Shown one piece after another: positions 34,970-44,603 of a stretch of 64,000 nucleotides of DNA (position 1 is the stretch's first letter; the number at the start of each line of letters is the position of its first letter). The notes under the pieces were generated by a model. That model saw only the letters and a list, made by a program, of their open reading frames with translations, had not been told where the DNA came from and made no database searches. This DNA comes from Candidatus Aminicenantes bacterium (GTDB taxonomy: Bacteria; Acidobacteriota; Aminicenantia; UBA2199). The stretch spans positions 91,480 through 155,479 of the forward strand of contig CAVYQZ010000006.1 in NCBI GenBank assembly GCA_963770755.1, in the 5' to 3' direction. The translations under genes and the position numbers were made by a program.

Positions 34970-36661
34970 TCAATGCGTATACAGGTAGCGCTTGATCTTG
35001 TGCGTAGCGGTTTTTTCAAAAGGTTCTTTGTGTTCGACGAAACGGACGATCTGTGCGAAAGCGGATAATTGCGGATTGACGGCAATTTTCAGCTTTTCCA
35101 GTAATTGTTCGATATAGGCCAGTTTTTGCTTTTCACTTTCACCCTTGGTTTCTTCGTCGATCAAATCGTAATCCAGGTATACCCAGGCTTCCAGCTGTCC
35201 CTTGTTTTCCATGACCAATGATTCGGCGACATGAATGTAGCCGTTGATCTTGTCTTCAATGGCTTCGGGATAGATGTTTTCACCGTTGGCCATGAGAATA
35301 ATATTCTTGCAGCGGCCGCGGATGTTCAGGTTGCCGAACTTGTCAAAACTCCCCAGGTCGCCGGTACGCAGCCAGCCCTGTTCATCGATCACGTCCCGGG
35401 TCATGGCCGAATTCTTGTAATACCCTTTCATGATGTTGGCGCCGCGGGCGACTATTTCGCCGATCCCGCTGCGGGGATCGGGATCGACGATTTTAATTTC
35501 CACTCCCGGGATCGGCTTCCCCGTCGATCCCACGGTGATGGTCGCATCTCCCCAGGGGCCGCCGGCCAGGAGCGGAGCCGACTCGGTGAGCCCATAGCCG
35601 ATCAGGTAGGGGAACCCCGATTTTTTTAAAAATATTTCCGCATCGTGGTTGATGGCTGCTCCGCCAATGGCCATGATCTGGAGGTCGCCGCCGAAGAAAT
35701 CGATCAGCTTGTTCCTGATTTTTTTATATATTTTCATTTTGATGCCGGGAACTTTGGCAATGGCTTTTATAAAGAAGCTCTTTTCAAAAGCGGCCAGTAC
35801 TTTTTTCTTGTAAATTTTTTCCATGATCAAGGGGACGGCGGCGATGATGGTGGGCTTTTCGTGCCGGCATATTTTTTCCAGCACGCTGGGAGTCGGGGTC
35901 TTTCCGGCATAAACGACCCGTGCGCCCTTGAGCAGCGGGAATAGAAAACCCAAGGTGAATTCATACGTATGCGAGAGCGGTAAAACGGATAAAAACGTCC
36001 AGTCGGGACGGACGGCTATCAGCGTATCGGCGGCCAGCACATTGGCGATGAAATTTTTGTGGGTCAGCATCACCGCCTTGGAATGGCCCGAAGTTCCCGA
36101 TGTGTAGATGATCGAGGCGATGTCGTCTTCGTTGATGTCGGCTGATTTCATGCCGATTTTATCGGGGATCTGGCGGAAAAATTTCAGCGCTTTTTCAATA
36201 AATGTGGAAAAAGTTTCCACCGGCAGCCAATCGCTCTCAGCCTTAAAATCATCCAGAGTAATCACGGCCTGCAATTTATGCTCACTCAAACCCATGACTT
36301 TTTCCAATTGTTTCTGGGTGGTGAACAGGATTTTGGCTTCGGAGTCATTCAGGACATGGTGGACGTCAGTTTCGGAAAAATCAGGCAAAATCGGCACCAC
36401 GATGGCCCCGCACTGCACGGTGGCAAAGTAGGCGATCCCCCAGTTGGGGGAATTTTCACCCAGAATGGCTATTTTATCACCCTTGATCACGCCCTGTTTT
36501 TTAAGAATACCGGCAATGCTGACTACGAACTCGTGAAAATCACCGTAGGTCAGGGGCTTTTCAAAAGCCATGCCCAGGGCGGGACGATCATGGAAATGTT
36601 TCACGCTGGCTTCCAGCATGCCGGTCAAGGTAAATTGCGTTAACTTGGATTCGGTTTGCAT
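34970..36661 (-). CDS. long-chain fatty acid-CoA ligase (AMP-forming)
   Basis: AMP-binding motif IIYTSGTSGHSKAVMLTHKNF, and YGLTES, GWLRTGDLG. Confidence 0.9.
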   Translation of the reverse strand: MQTESKLTQFTLTGMLEASVKHFHDRPALGMAFEKPLTYGDFHEFVVSIAGILKKQGVIKGDKIAILGENSPNWGIAYFATVQCGAIVVPILPDFSETDVHHVLNDSEAKILFTTQKQLEKVMGLSEHKLQAVITLDDFKAESDWLPVETFSTFIEKALKFFRQIPDKIGMKSADINEDDIASIIYTSGTSGHSKAVMLTHKNFIANVLAADTLIAVRPDWTFLSVLPLSHTYEFTLGFLFPLLKGARVVYAGKTPTPSVLEKICRHEKPTIIAAVPLIMEKIYKKKVLAAFEKSFFIKAIAKVPGIKMKIYKKIRNKLIDFFGGDLQIMAIGGAAINHDAEIFLKKSGFPYLIGYGLTESAPLLAGGPWGDATITVGSTGKPIPGVEIKIVDPDPRSGIGEIVARGANIMKGYYKNSAMTRDVIDEQGWLRTGDLGSFDKFGNLNIRGRCKNIILMANGENIYPEAIEDKINGYIHVAESLVMENKGQLEAWVYLDYDLIDEETKGESEKQKLAYIEQLLEKLKIAVNPQLSAFAQIVRFVEHKEPFEKTATHKIKRYLYTH

Positions 36662-36667
36662 ACTCTA

Positions 36668-36695
36668 AATATAGCAAAAAAAACAGAAAAATCAA
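36668..36695 (-). promoter_or_regulatory. sigma70-like promoter (TTGATT-16-TATATT), ATG 6 nt after the -10
   Basis: On the minus strand, -35 at 36695-36690 and -10 at 36673-36668, followed by TAGAGT and ATG 36661. Confidence 0.5.
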
Positions 36696-36752
36696 ACAAG
36701 CCGGGCGGCGTACAGGCAAAAAAGTCCGAAAAAAATTTTTTTCAGTTTAAGC

Positions 36753-36781
36753 TTGACTTTATTTTTTTTATCTGCTAAATT
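36753..36781 (+). promoter_or_regulatory. sigma70-like promoter (TTGACT-17-TAAATT) of the ExbD-like gene
   Basis: -35 at 36753-36758 and -10 at 36776-36781. The leader has SD GAGGAGG. Confidence 0.55.
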
Positions 36782-36806
36782 ATCACTTTCATCGAGGAGG
36801 TCTGTC

Positions 36807-37226
36807 ATGAGCGTTGATATTGGTGCCAGCAAATCTAAATCCGAACCAAACGTCGTCCCTTTATGCGATATTTTGCTCGTTCTATTGATCATTTTCATGG
36901 TCATCACCCCGGTCCTGCAAAAAGGGATCGATATCAAGCTGCCGGAGACCTCAGCCGCTGATGAAGGGGGTGGTGGTCCGTCCAACGCCATTGTCCTGAC
37001 CATGGAAAGAGACAGAACGATAAAATTAAACCAGGATGTCATCGAATTAAATTTATTGGAAAGCAGACTCCGTGATATGTATCAAATCCGTCAAGATAAG
37101 ACCATTTTTATCCGCGCCGATGAATCCCTGCCATATCAGGATGTACTGCGGATCATCGATATCGCCAAAGGCGCGGGAATTGAAACTCTTGGCGTCATTC
37201 CCGAACGCTACACGACCGACAACTAG
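36807..37226 (+). CDS. ExbD/TolR-family biopolymer transport protein
   Basis: EPNVVPLCDILLVLLIIFMVITPVL..IDIKLPE. No exbB/tolQ gene is adjacent. Confidence 0.8.
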   Translation: MSVDIGASKSKSEPNVVPLCDILLVLLIIFMVITPVLQKGIDIKLPETSAADEGGGGPSNAIVLTMERDRTIKLNQDVIELNLLESRLRDMYQIRQDKTIFIRADESLPYQDVLRIIDIAKGAGIETLGVIPERYTTDN

Positions 37227-37325
37227 GTTATTTCAAGCGCTTTTTCAAGCAATCCCTGCCGCTGCCTGCCAGCAGTTGAAAAAAGTCTGCAAAAGAGTTA
37301 AAATAAGGTTCTGGAGGTTGGCACA

Positions 37326-37835
37326 ATGAAGCTCAAAGAAGAAAAAGAATTGCAGACGATCACTGCAGAATATGAAAAAGCGCTGCAGTTATTTCATAAA
37401 AAAAGTTATCACAAAGCCGAGACTGCTTTTAAGCAGATCATTGATACTTACAAGGATTCTGAGTTTTACAGCGTGCTGGAAATTCAAACCCGCGTCAAAG
37501 TCCATTATGCCATTACCCAATCCCAATTGCGTCCGGCGACGGTCACATTGGAAACCATGCAGGATTATATTTGGGAAGGGGTGTATCAACTGAATGCCGG
37601 AAACACGGACAAAGCCCTGGAGTTATTCAATCACGCTGAAAAGGAAAATCAGAAGGATGCCTATTTATATTTTCTCATGGCCGTTGTCTACATGAAAAAA
37701 GAGGATACAGCCAACTCCCTGCGTTACGTGGATAAGTGCCTGAAAAAGGATGCCGCTTATAAAGTCATTGTGTACAATGAACCCGACTTTGAATCGCTGT
37801 TGCAAGATCAGGATTTTTTAAATCTCGTGGAATGA
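37326..37835 (+). CDS. TPR-like helical repeat protein, unknown function
   Basis: 169 aa, helical, with A/Y/L repeat spacing. Its stop overlaps the next ATG (ATGA 37832-37835). Confidence 0.5.
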   Translation: MKLKEEKELQTITAEYEKALQLFHKKSYHKAETAFKQIIDTYKDSEFYSVLEIQTRVKVHYAITQSQLRPATVTLETMQDYIWEGVYQLNAGNTDKALELFNHAEKENQKDAYLYFLMAVVYMKKEDTANSLRYVDKCLKKDAAYKVIVYNEPDFESLLQDQDFLNLVE

Positions 37836-38923
37836 TTGCCGCGGTAGTTGATTGTTCCAGGCCCGCAGTCAATAAATTTTATTTTCGTGATCGCGATTGC
37901 GAATTCTGGCTGGCCCGTTTTTTTTCATTCTGTTCTTTTTCGCCTCTGCCTTATTACGGGAATGATTTTGATTTCATTTTCATATTTGCTGCGGACATAT
38001 TTCCGCTGGGCTCAGAAAGCGCCCGGCGCGAACTCCGGCGCTGGCTGCGTGTCCAGGATCGTTCAACTGCCTGGTTGGCCGCCCCGGAGAGCAGGCCTTT
38101 TTTCATCGCCACCAGGACTTTTCTTAGCCAGCAGAAAATCGCTTTGAAACCCGGTATTTTCAGGCGTCTTCAATCCGCAAAAAAAACCGGCTCCCTGGCT
38201 TTAAGGCATCCCTTCCCTGTCTGGCACCCGGCCGCCGAGTCGAGGCAAATTGAAAACGCCGTGCTGGACCTGCAGATCAGTCATTTGCACAAACATGGGG
38301 TGCAGATCGAAGATGGCGGTTGTTTTTACATGGACGGCCTTGTGCCCGTCGGAAAAAACTCGCGTATCGGATCGGGGGTGGTGATCAAGGGTGATTCCAG
38401 GATCGGCAAAAATGTCTCGATATATCCGCATTGTTTTATTGAGAATTCGCATGTCGGAGACAACTGCCTGCTGCTGCCCGGGACCGTTATCCGCGACTCC
38501 ATCGTGGGAAAAGGCGTTCAGCTTGGTCCTTATTGTCACTTGCGCAATGGTGCGCTTGTGAAAAACGGGGCAAAAATCGGCAATTTCGTGGAAATAAAAA
38601 AAAGCGTTCTTGGCCGTGGCTCCAAGACTATGCATTTGTCCTATATCGGCGATGCCCGCGTGGGCCACCAGGTTAATATCGGTGCCGGCACCATCACCTG
38701 CAACTATGACGGTGAAAAAAAGAACCCCACCACCATCGGCGACAATGTATTCATTGGCTCGGGCACGGAACTGGTCGCTCCGGTCACGGTCCACAACAAC
38801 AGCTATGTCGCCGCCGGGTCCACCATCACCGAGGATGTCCCCCGAAACGCGCTGGCTGTCGCCCGCCAGCGCCAAAGAAATATTGCCGACTGGGTTTTAC
38901 GTAAAAGAAAGAAGAAATCTTAA
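37832..38923 (+). CDS. GlmU-like protein: intact C-terminal LbH acetyltransferase domain, unrecognisable N-terminal 145 aa
   Basis: From about residue 150: HKHGVQIEDGG..IGSGVVIKGDSRIGKNVSI...NFVEIKKS..GSKTMHLSYIGDARVG..VNIGAGTITCNYDG..K..T.IGDNVFIGSGT.LVAPV matches the GlmU C-terminal half. The N-terminal part lacks LAAGxGTR and GTGHA motifs. Confidence 0.7.
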   Translation: MIAAVVDCSRPAVNKFYFRDRDCEFWLARFFSFCSFSPLPYYGNDFDFIFIFAADIFPLGSESARRELRRWLRVQDRSTAWLAAPESRPFFIATRTFLSQQKIALKPGIFRRLQSAKKTGSLALRHPFPVWHPAAESRQIENAVLDLQISHLHKHGVQIEDGGCFYMDGLVPVGKNSRIGSGVVIKGDSRIGKNVSIYPHCFIENSHVGDNCLLLPGTVIRDSIVGKGVQLGPYCHLRNGALVKNGAKIGNFVEIKKSVLGRGSKTMHLSYIGDARVGHQVNIGAGTITCNYDGEKKNPTTIGDNVFIGSGTELVAPVTVHNNSYVAAGSTITEDVPRNALAVARQRQRNIADWVLRKRKKKS

Positions 38924-38941
38924 TTTCCCCAGCCGGCACAG

Positions 38942-38988
38942 ACCGATCAGATCCGCCAGGATAGGCGGATGATCGGTGCTGCCCTTTT
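38942..38988 (+). terminator. hairpin plus short T-run between the convergent glmU-like and radical SAM genes
   Basis: ACCGATCAGATCCGCC (38942-38957), loop AGGATA, GGCGGATGATCGGT (38964-38977), then GCTGCCCTTTT. Confidence 0.5.
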
Positions 38989-39042
38989 GGGTGCTTCGCA
39001 AAAGAAAAAAGAAGACTGCCAAGTAACTCTGCCCCGTATTTT

Positions 39043-40408
39043 TTAAAGAGTTCCCCCGGGGAGAGATCTCGTGTTGGCTGTGGAAATGGCGGTTGCCATT
39101 TCTTTCACGCGCAGAATTTCTTCGCCGCTGAATCCCGATTTCTGGTAAAGAAAATAGGTTTTGTTCGTCTGCAGCAGGTCTAACGGTTTCGTTAGCACTC
39201 CCCGCTGCTGTAAAGTGAAAAAATCAGCCGTTCCGGGCACAGGCGAAAAAACCGCCAAATGCGGCACCAGTCCCAAATCCCTGATGAAAGCCAGGGAGAT
39301 TTCCATGTCGCGTATGGTCTGGCCCGGATAGCCGAAGAGCAGATAAGCCCCCAGCTGGCCGCGATGATAACCGGCCCGTTCCAGGTTGCTGACCGCGTCT
39401 TCCATTTGCTTCTTTTTAACTTTGCCGTCGCTGCGCCGCAAAATATCTGCGCTCAGCGACTCGAAACTCAGGCGCAAGGTGGAAAAACCGGCGGCGTGCA
39501 TGACGGCTGCGATTTCAGGATCGATCTCGCGGGCATGCAAGCCATTGGGGGTATGAAAGCGCAGCCGGGTTTTTCCATTCCGGGCCAGGCGGGAAAAAAC
39601 CGGCAGGAAACGTTTCTTTTTGTTGATCAGCAGGGCATCGTCAAAAATAATGAAATGGCTACTGTGAAAATCTTGGCGACGCTGTTCGATCTCGGCCAGG
39701 ATGTCATCGGGGCGGCGCTCGCTGAAGATGGGATTCAGCAAGCGTGAGGCGCAGTAGTGGCAATGCAGGGGACAGCCGCGTGCGGTTAGCAAGGGGACAT
39801 ATTCCTGAGTTCCGGCGAGATCCAGGGCCGGAAAGGGAAAATCAACCGGGGCGCTAAAATCCTCCCCGACGGATACACTGGCGCCGAGATTGCTCAGAAA
39901 ATGCAGCACGGCCATCTCACCGTAGCCCTGTACATATAGATCGACCGGCACTGCCGACCGTGCCTCATTCGGAGCCAGGCTTGGCAGAACACCGCCCAGG
40001 ACGATCTTGGCGCGCGGAAATCTTTGTTTTAATAATTTTAGAGTGAATTGCAGCCCTTCCAGCCAATAGGTCATCAACGAAGTGACCAGGATCACATCCA
40101 TATCAGGCCAGGCCGTGATCTTCTCTTGAAAAAGCTCCACGGGAATGCCGTAGCGGCAATAATTCCGCGGCACACTTTGATAAAGCGGGGGTTTTTGCAG
40201 AAATTCGCGCTGGTACTTGCCGCGGCCGTCGGCGCGGCCGTGAATTTCCATGCCCTCCTGGAAACGGTCCAGCGCATCCAGCCAGTATATTTCGACGTTG
40301 CTGTGACGGCGGACGGCGGCCGCCAGGTAGTACAGTCCCAAGCGGACGCAGCCACAGGTCATAGGCACTGAAATCGCTGATGTAGGGATTGACGAAAAGA
40401 ACCTTCAT
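39043..40408 (-). pseudogene. B12-binding-domain radical SAM enzyme, reading frame broken by one extra G (plus-strand CCC 40337-40339)
   Basis: ATG 40408 gives MKVLFVNPYISDFSAYDLWLRPLG. The main ORF continues LGLYYLAAAV... in another frame. The radical SAM motif is CPLHCHYC. Removing one G restores ..RPLGLYYLAAAV.. Confidence 0.75.
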
Positions 40409-41232
40409 CGGCAGGCGACGACCACCCGGGCAATGCCGCTGTAATCGCGGATGGTTTCTCTTTCCCGAAGCCGCGCGGATTTCAAGAAACCCCGAACCGC
40501 TCCCAATTGCCCGCGGCCGATTTCAAGCAGCAGATATCCGCAAGGCGTCAGATGCTGCGGAGCGCCGGCAATGATTCTGGCCAACACTTCCGTACCGGCT
40601 GGCCCGGCCAGCAATGCGGCTTCAGGTTCAAAAAGCTTGATACCGGCAGGCGATTCGTGCCATTCCTTGCGGGAGAGATAGGGCGGATTGGCGATGATCA
40701 TGTCGAAAGGTTTGCTTTTTTGGGGGAAAAGATCGGCGGCCATGACGCGGATCCTTTTTTGCAACCCGAAGCGGGCAATGTTTTTTTTCAACACCCTGAG
40801 GGCCGGACGGCTCCTGTCGACAGCCGTAACTTGGGCCGCTGATTTCAAGGCCATGATGACGGATATATTGCCACTGCCGGCTCCGATGTCCAGCATGCGT
40901 ATCGGCTCACCGCCAACGAGATCCAGGGACTTCTCCACCAGCAGTTCCGTTTCCGGGCGCGGGATCAGCACGGCGGGATTCACGTAGAAAACCTCACCGA
41001 AAAATTCCTTTTCCCTTAAAATGTACGCCAAGGGCTCATGGGCGAGCAGACGCGCGAAATGCCTCCTGAATTTCCTGAGTCCGGCCGCGTCGCGCACGGG
41101 CTGGTTTTTTCTTATCCAGAATTGGCTGCGGTTGATACGAAAGGCTTTTTCGATCAAGGTTTCGATCGCCGTGGACAATTCCCCGCTTTTCAATTGTTGA
41201 AGGTGGACGGCAAAGAGCTCGGAATAAAGCAC
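40405..41232 (-). CDS. prmC: release factor glutamine N5-methyltransferase
   Basis: MLDIGAGSGNI ... IIANPPYL. Located downstream of prfA. Confidence 0.9.
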   Translation of the reverse strand: MLYSELFAVHLQQLKSGELSTAIETLIEKAFRINRSQFWIRKNQPVRDAAGLRKFRRHFARLLAHEPLAYILREKEFFGEVFYVNPAVLIPRPETELLVEKSLDLVGGEPIRMLDIGAGSGNISVIMALKSAAQVTAVDRSRPALRVLKKNIARFGLQKRIRVMAADLFPQKSKPFDMIIANPPYLSRKEWHESPAGIKLFEPEAALLAGPAGTEVLARIIAGAPQHLTPCGYLLLEIGRGQLGAVRGFLKSARLRERETIRDYSGIARVVVACR

Positions 41233-42338
41233 TAGGCGATCAGGCTGCTGATTTTTTGCTCGATCAAGGCGCGGATATGGCTTTCGCTCAACTCAGCCAC
41301 CAGGTCTTCCAGGTCGCCGTCGATAATAGAACCGATGTTGAAGTTGCGCCCGCTGACGCGATGGTCGGTCACGCGGCTCTGGGGGAAATTGTAGGTGCGA
41401 ATTTTTTCCGAACGCTCGCCTGAGCCGACCTGCGATTTCCGGCTTGAAGCGATGCTTTCGTTCTGCTTGTTTTTTTCATGCTCGAAAAGCCTGGCTTTCA
41501 GGACCTTGATGGCCTTTTCCTTGTTTTTATGCTGCGATTTTTCATCCTGGCAGGTAACCACGATGCCGGTTGGGAAATGGGTAATGCGGATGGCCGATTC
41601 GGTCTTGTTCACGTGCTGGCCGCCGGGGCCTGAAGCGGCATAGGTATCGATGCGGATGTCCTTGGGATTAAAATCAACTTCCACGTCTTCGACTTCCGGC
41701 AATACGGCCACAGTCACCGTCGACGTATGGATGCGCCCCGAGGCTTCCGTCTCGGGGACGCGCTGCACGCGGTGAACACCGCTTTCGAATTTCAGGAACT
41801 TGTTTACTTCCGAGCCCTTGACATAGAGGATGACTTCCTTGATGCCGCCGATGCCGGAAATTGCATTGGAGATAATCTCGGCCTGCCATTTTTTTCTTTC
41901 CGCCACTCGCATGTACATGCGCAGCAGATCGCTGGCGAAAAGTGAGGCTTCATCGCCACCGGCGCCGGCCCGGATTTCAAGAAAAGCGTTGCGGCTGTCT
42001 TCCCTCTGGTTCGAAACCATGAGCACTTCGACTTCGCCGATCAGCGTGTCCCTTTCCCGGTTCAGAACGGCTTGTTCTTCCCGAACCAAGTCTTTCATTT
42101 CATTGTCTTCGGCCGTGGCCAGCATGGCCTCGGCGTCGTCCAGGCGCTGCCGGATTTTGCGCAGGTGATGGTATTTTCCCTCCAGGGGCTTGAGGGCGAA
42201 CAATTCCCTGGAAAGTTCGCGGAATTTTTTTTGCTGGTGGACGGTTTCGCTTAAACTCAGATCAGCGCTGATCTGTTCATACCGGGAATGGATTTTTTCG
42301 AGGTAGGAAAATATTTTTTCACTGTTCCTTGTATCCAT
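41232..42338 (-). CDS. prfA: peptide chain release factor 1
   Basis: [25 protein letters not shown] ... [19 protein letters not shown]. Confidence 0.95.
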   Translation of the reverse strand: MDTRNSEKIFSYLEKIHSRYEQISADLSLSETVHQQKKFRELSRELFALKPLEGKYHHLRKIRQRLDDAEAMLATAEDNEMKDLVREEQAVLNRERDTLIGEVEVLMVSNQREDSRNAFLEIRAGAGGDEASLFASDLLRMYMRVAERKKWQAEIISNAISGIGGIKEVILYVKGSEVNKFLKFESGVHRVQRVPETEASGRIHTSTVTVAVLPEVEDVEVDFNPKDIRIDTYAASGPGGQHVNKTESAIRITHFPTGIVVTCQDEKSQHKNKEKAIKVLKARLFEHEKNKQNESIASSRKSQVGSGERSEKIRTYNFPQSRVTDHRVSGRNFNIGSIIDGDLEDLVAELSESHIRALIEQKISSLIA

Positions 42339-42525
42339 ACTTCTTCTTGAACTTCTCTATTCTGCCTTCGGTATCGATATATTTCTGCTTGCCGGTAAAA
42401 AACGGGTGGCAGGCGGAACAGATTTCTACTTCGATCTTGGCCATGGTGGAACGGGTTTTGAAGGTATTGCCGCAGGCGCAAATCACAGTGCATTCCATAT
42501 ATTTGGGATGAATATCTTTTTTCAT
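42319..42525 (-). CDS. rpmE: 50S ribosomal protein L31
   Basis: [51 protein letters not shown]. Confidence 0.9.
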   Translation of the reverse strand: MKKDIHPKYMECTVICACGNTFKTRSTMAKIEVEICSACHPFFTGKQKYIDTEGRIEKFKKKYGYKEQ

Positions 42526-42542
42526 ACTTCCTCCAAAACGAA

Positions 42543-42572
42543 ATATTAACATTATTTGCCCGTGTTTGTCAA
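42543..42572 (-). promoter_or_regulatory. sigma70-like promoter of rpmE-prfA-prmC (TTGACA-18-TAATAT)
   Basis: On the minus strand, -35 at 42572-42567 and -10 at 42548-42543. Confidence 0.55.
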
Positions 42573-42654
42573 CCTTGCCTGGACTCCGGGGAGTTCCAAA
42601 CTTCTTTCTTCAATGCCACGTTCTCAATATTGCTTTAAAAGCTTGCTTTCAAGA

Positions 42655-44388
42655 TCAGCGCCAATAGTAGTGCCAGGAATAGCTGAGAACCTGCTTTTCC
42701 CCGGGGGCTAGGGAAATCTTCCAGCTGATGCGGGCGATACCGTTGAAATGGCTCCACCACGAGGGCCAGGAGTACCAGCTCCACCAATGGGGACGGGGCG
42801 CGCCCGTGGAGACGGAATCCTCCAGGGAGTTCACTTTCTCGATTTTGCCATTGAAGTTGGCCGAGTCGGTGTTGCCCAGAACATGACGCACCACCTCCAC
42901 GTCGATGCGTTCTTTCTTGCGGTTGGTGAGGGTGAGGGTGCCCTCCAGTTCCACCTTGAAGTAGTCCGAACCATTCCAGCGAACTGCATTGGGCGTCCGT
43001 TTGACTTCTTTTTCCTGTTTCTTGATCAATATGTCCACGGCGGTCGTCACATCGAGGTCCACGATAGCGCCAGTGGGGGTATATTTCATCATGGATTGGG
43101 CGATCAGGCGCCCCTGGGAGGTAATCAGCGCCGGAGCGGTAGTGAAAGGATGCGGGCCGGGATTCGAGAAACGGACCCCATGCTGAACCTTGGGGGCAGC
43201 CAGCAGCCTGGTCAGCTCGGCCTGGCGGCTGTCGTCAAAACTGCTGAAAGATTCGCGTGGAGGAGCGACCGGGACCTCCAGGCGGTAGCGGTCCTGGTAT
43301 TTTAATGCGACCTCCGCCACGGGGACGACCATGCGCTCACCCTTGCGCAACGTGACGTGGCTGATGGCAAAGATGTAAAGATCGGCTTCCCTTTCAGCGC
43401 CGGTGACCTCGGGATCGGCTTCTGGCACCGATTCTGCCCCGACCATATTGGGAGCGGCCACTTGGGTCATGATGGCGTTGGAAAAAGCAAAGTTGGTCTG
43501 CGAGCGCGACTGCAGGCGGGGAGCCAGCATGGCTGTCTCTTTCTGAAGGGCGATGGGATCGACCAGGTCAGCGAAAACGAAATTCGGCACGCCGACCACG
43601 AGGTTCACGGATGCGTCCTCGAGGTCGGTCAGGTCGTTTACGAGCGTGGCCTGGAGCTTCAGTGTGCCTCCGCCGCTGGCATCCAGTTCGATCCGGTATG
43701 CGGGGATCCAACGGAGGCCCCGCTGGAGGTAGACCAAACCGACCGCGGCCTCCTTCTCGGGCCGGTGCCGGTTCCAGTCGAATTTGAGCGTGAGCAGATT
43801 GCGAAATTCTTCCCGTTCCAGCGTGGGCCGGTGATCGGAAATGAACGTGATATCCTGGATGCGTGCGATGTCAACCACTTTCACTCCGTCCTGGGTTTTG
43901 AGCAGGACAACGCCGCCTTTTTCCGGCAGCGTGGGTTCGGCCCCCGGTGCGGCCATGGCCTCGAGCTCCTGCCCACTGCGCTCGGGAATGTTCAGAATGG
44001 CAGCCTGGTATTTCAACCCGCCGCTTTCCGTGATGTTGACGCGGGCGCCCGGGTTTGCTTCCAGCAGCTCACGCAGGCTCAAAGCGGTCCTATTCACTAA
44101 AACCCGCCGCTGACCGGCAATGACGGCTGTCAGCTTCGCTTCCCTGGAAGTGCTGTACGGCCAGAAGGTGCCGAGAACCGGTGCGGGCAAGTAGTCTATC
44201 TGAACGTTTCCAGCATTGTCCACGGGAAGTTTCCCCTCATGCAGCACAAAGGCGTGACCGTCCTTGAAGATGGTCACCTCTTTGACCGGCATGCGCCCGA
44301 GGGCGCTCAGTGGAGCGGGTTTCTCCGCCGCCAGAACCGGATGGGCAAGTACGAGCAGGACAAACCAATACGGCAATGTTTTTTTCAT
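42655..44388 (-). CDS. large secreted protein, DUF4140/DUF4139-like (tentative)
   Basis: Signal peptide MKKTLPYWFVLLVLAHPVLA. N-terminal VKEVTIFKDGHAFVLHEGKLPV pattern and a W-rich C-terminus. The family call is from memory only. Confidence 0.5.
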   Translation of the reverse strand: MKKTLPYWFVLLVLAHPVLAAEKPAPLSALGRMPVKEVTIFKDGHAFVLHEGKLPVDNAGNVQIDYLPAPVLGTFWPYSTSREAKLTAVIAGQRRVLVNRTALSLRELLEANPGARVNITESGGLKYQAAILNIPERSGQELEAMAAPGAEPTLPEKGGVVLLKTQDGVKVVDIARIQDITFISDHRPTLEREEFRNLLTLKFDWNRHRPEKEAAVGLVYLQRGLRWIPAYRIELDASGGGTLKLQATLVNDLTDLEDASVNLVVGVPNFVFADLVDPIALQKETAMLAPRLQSRSQTNFAFSNAIMTQVAAPNMVGAESVPEADPEVTGAEREADLYIFAISHVTLRKGERMVVPVAEVALKYQDRYRLEVPVAPPRESFSSFDDSRQAELTRLLAAPKVQHGVRFSNPGPHPFTTAPALITSQGRLIAQSMMKYTPTGAIVDLDVTTAVDILIKKQEKEVKRTPNAVRWNGSDYFKVELEGTLTLTNRKKERIDVEVVRHVLGNTDSANFNGKIEKVNSLEDSVSTGAPRPHWWSWYSWPSWWSHFNGIARISWKISLAPGEKQVLSYSWHYYWR

Positions 44389-44548
44389 AGTGCACCTCAC
44401 CTTTTTTCCATGGTTGGAATTTTAAGGGCATTGTCATGAAATTGCAATAACCGCGTTGTTTATGTTTGAAAAAAAACAGAAAAGAATGATCCCATTCACA
44501 TTTCCGGTTACATCCACGTCCACCGCGCCGCTGTGGGTTCGAAAAAAG

Positions 44549-44577
44549 TTGCTTTTATGACGACAATGACTTACAAT
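44549..44577 (+). promoter_or_regulatory. sigma70-like promoter of pckA (TTGCTT-17-TACAAT)
   Basis: -35 at 44549-44554 and -10 at 44572-44577. SD AAGGAG before ATG 44604. Confidence 0.55.
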
Positions 44578-44603
44578 TTTCCCCTTGATAAAAGGAGTGT
44601 ACC

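Noticed and set aside
37848-38147. The alternative frame (99-aa ORF) as the missing GlmU uridyltransferase N-terminus, displaced by frameshifts at the T-runs near 37917 and 38098.
   Set aside because: Translations of both alternative frames show no LAAGxGTR, GTGHA or YGD-type motifs and contain stops. No frame combination restores a pyrophosphorylase domain.
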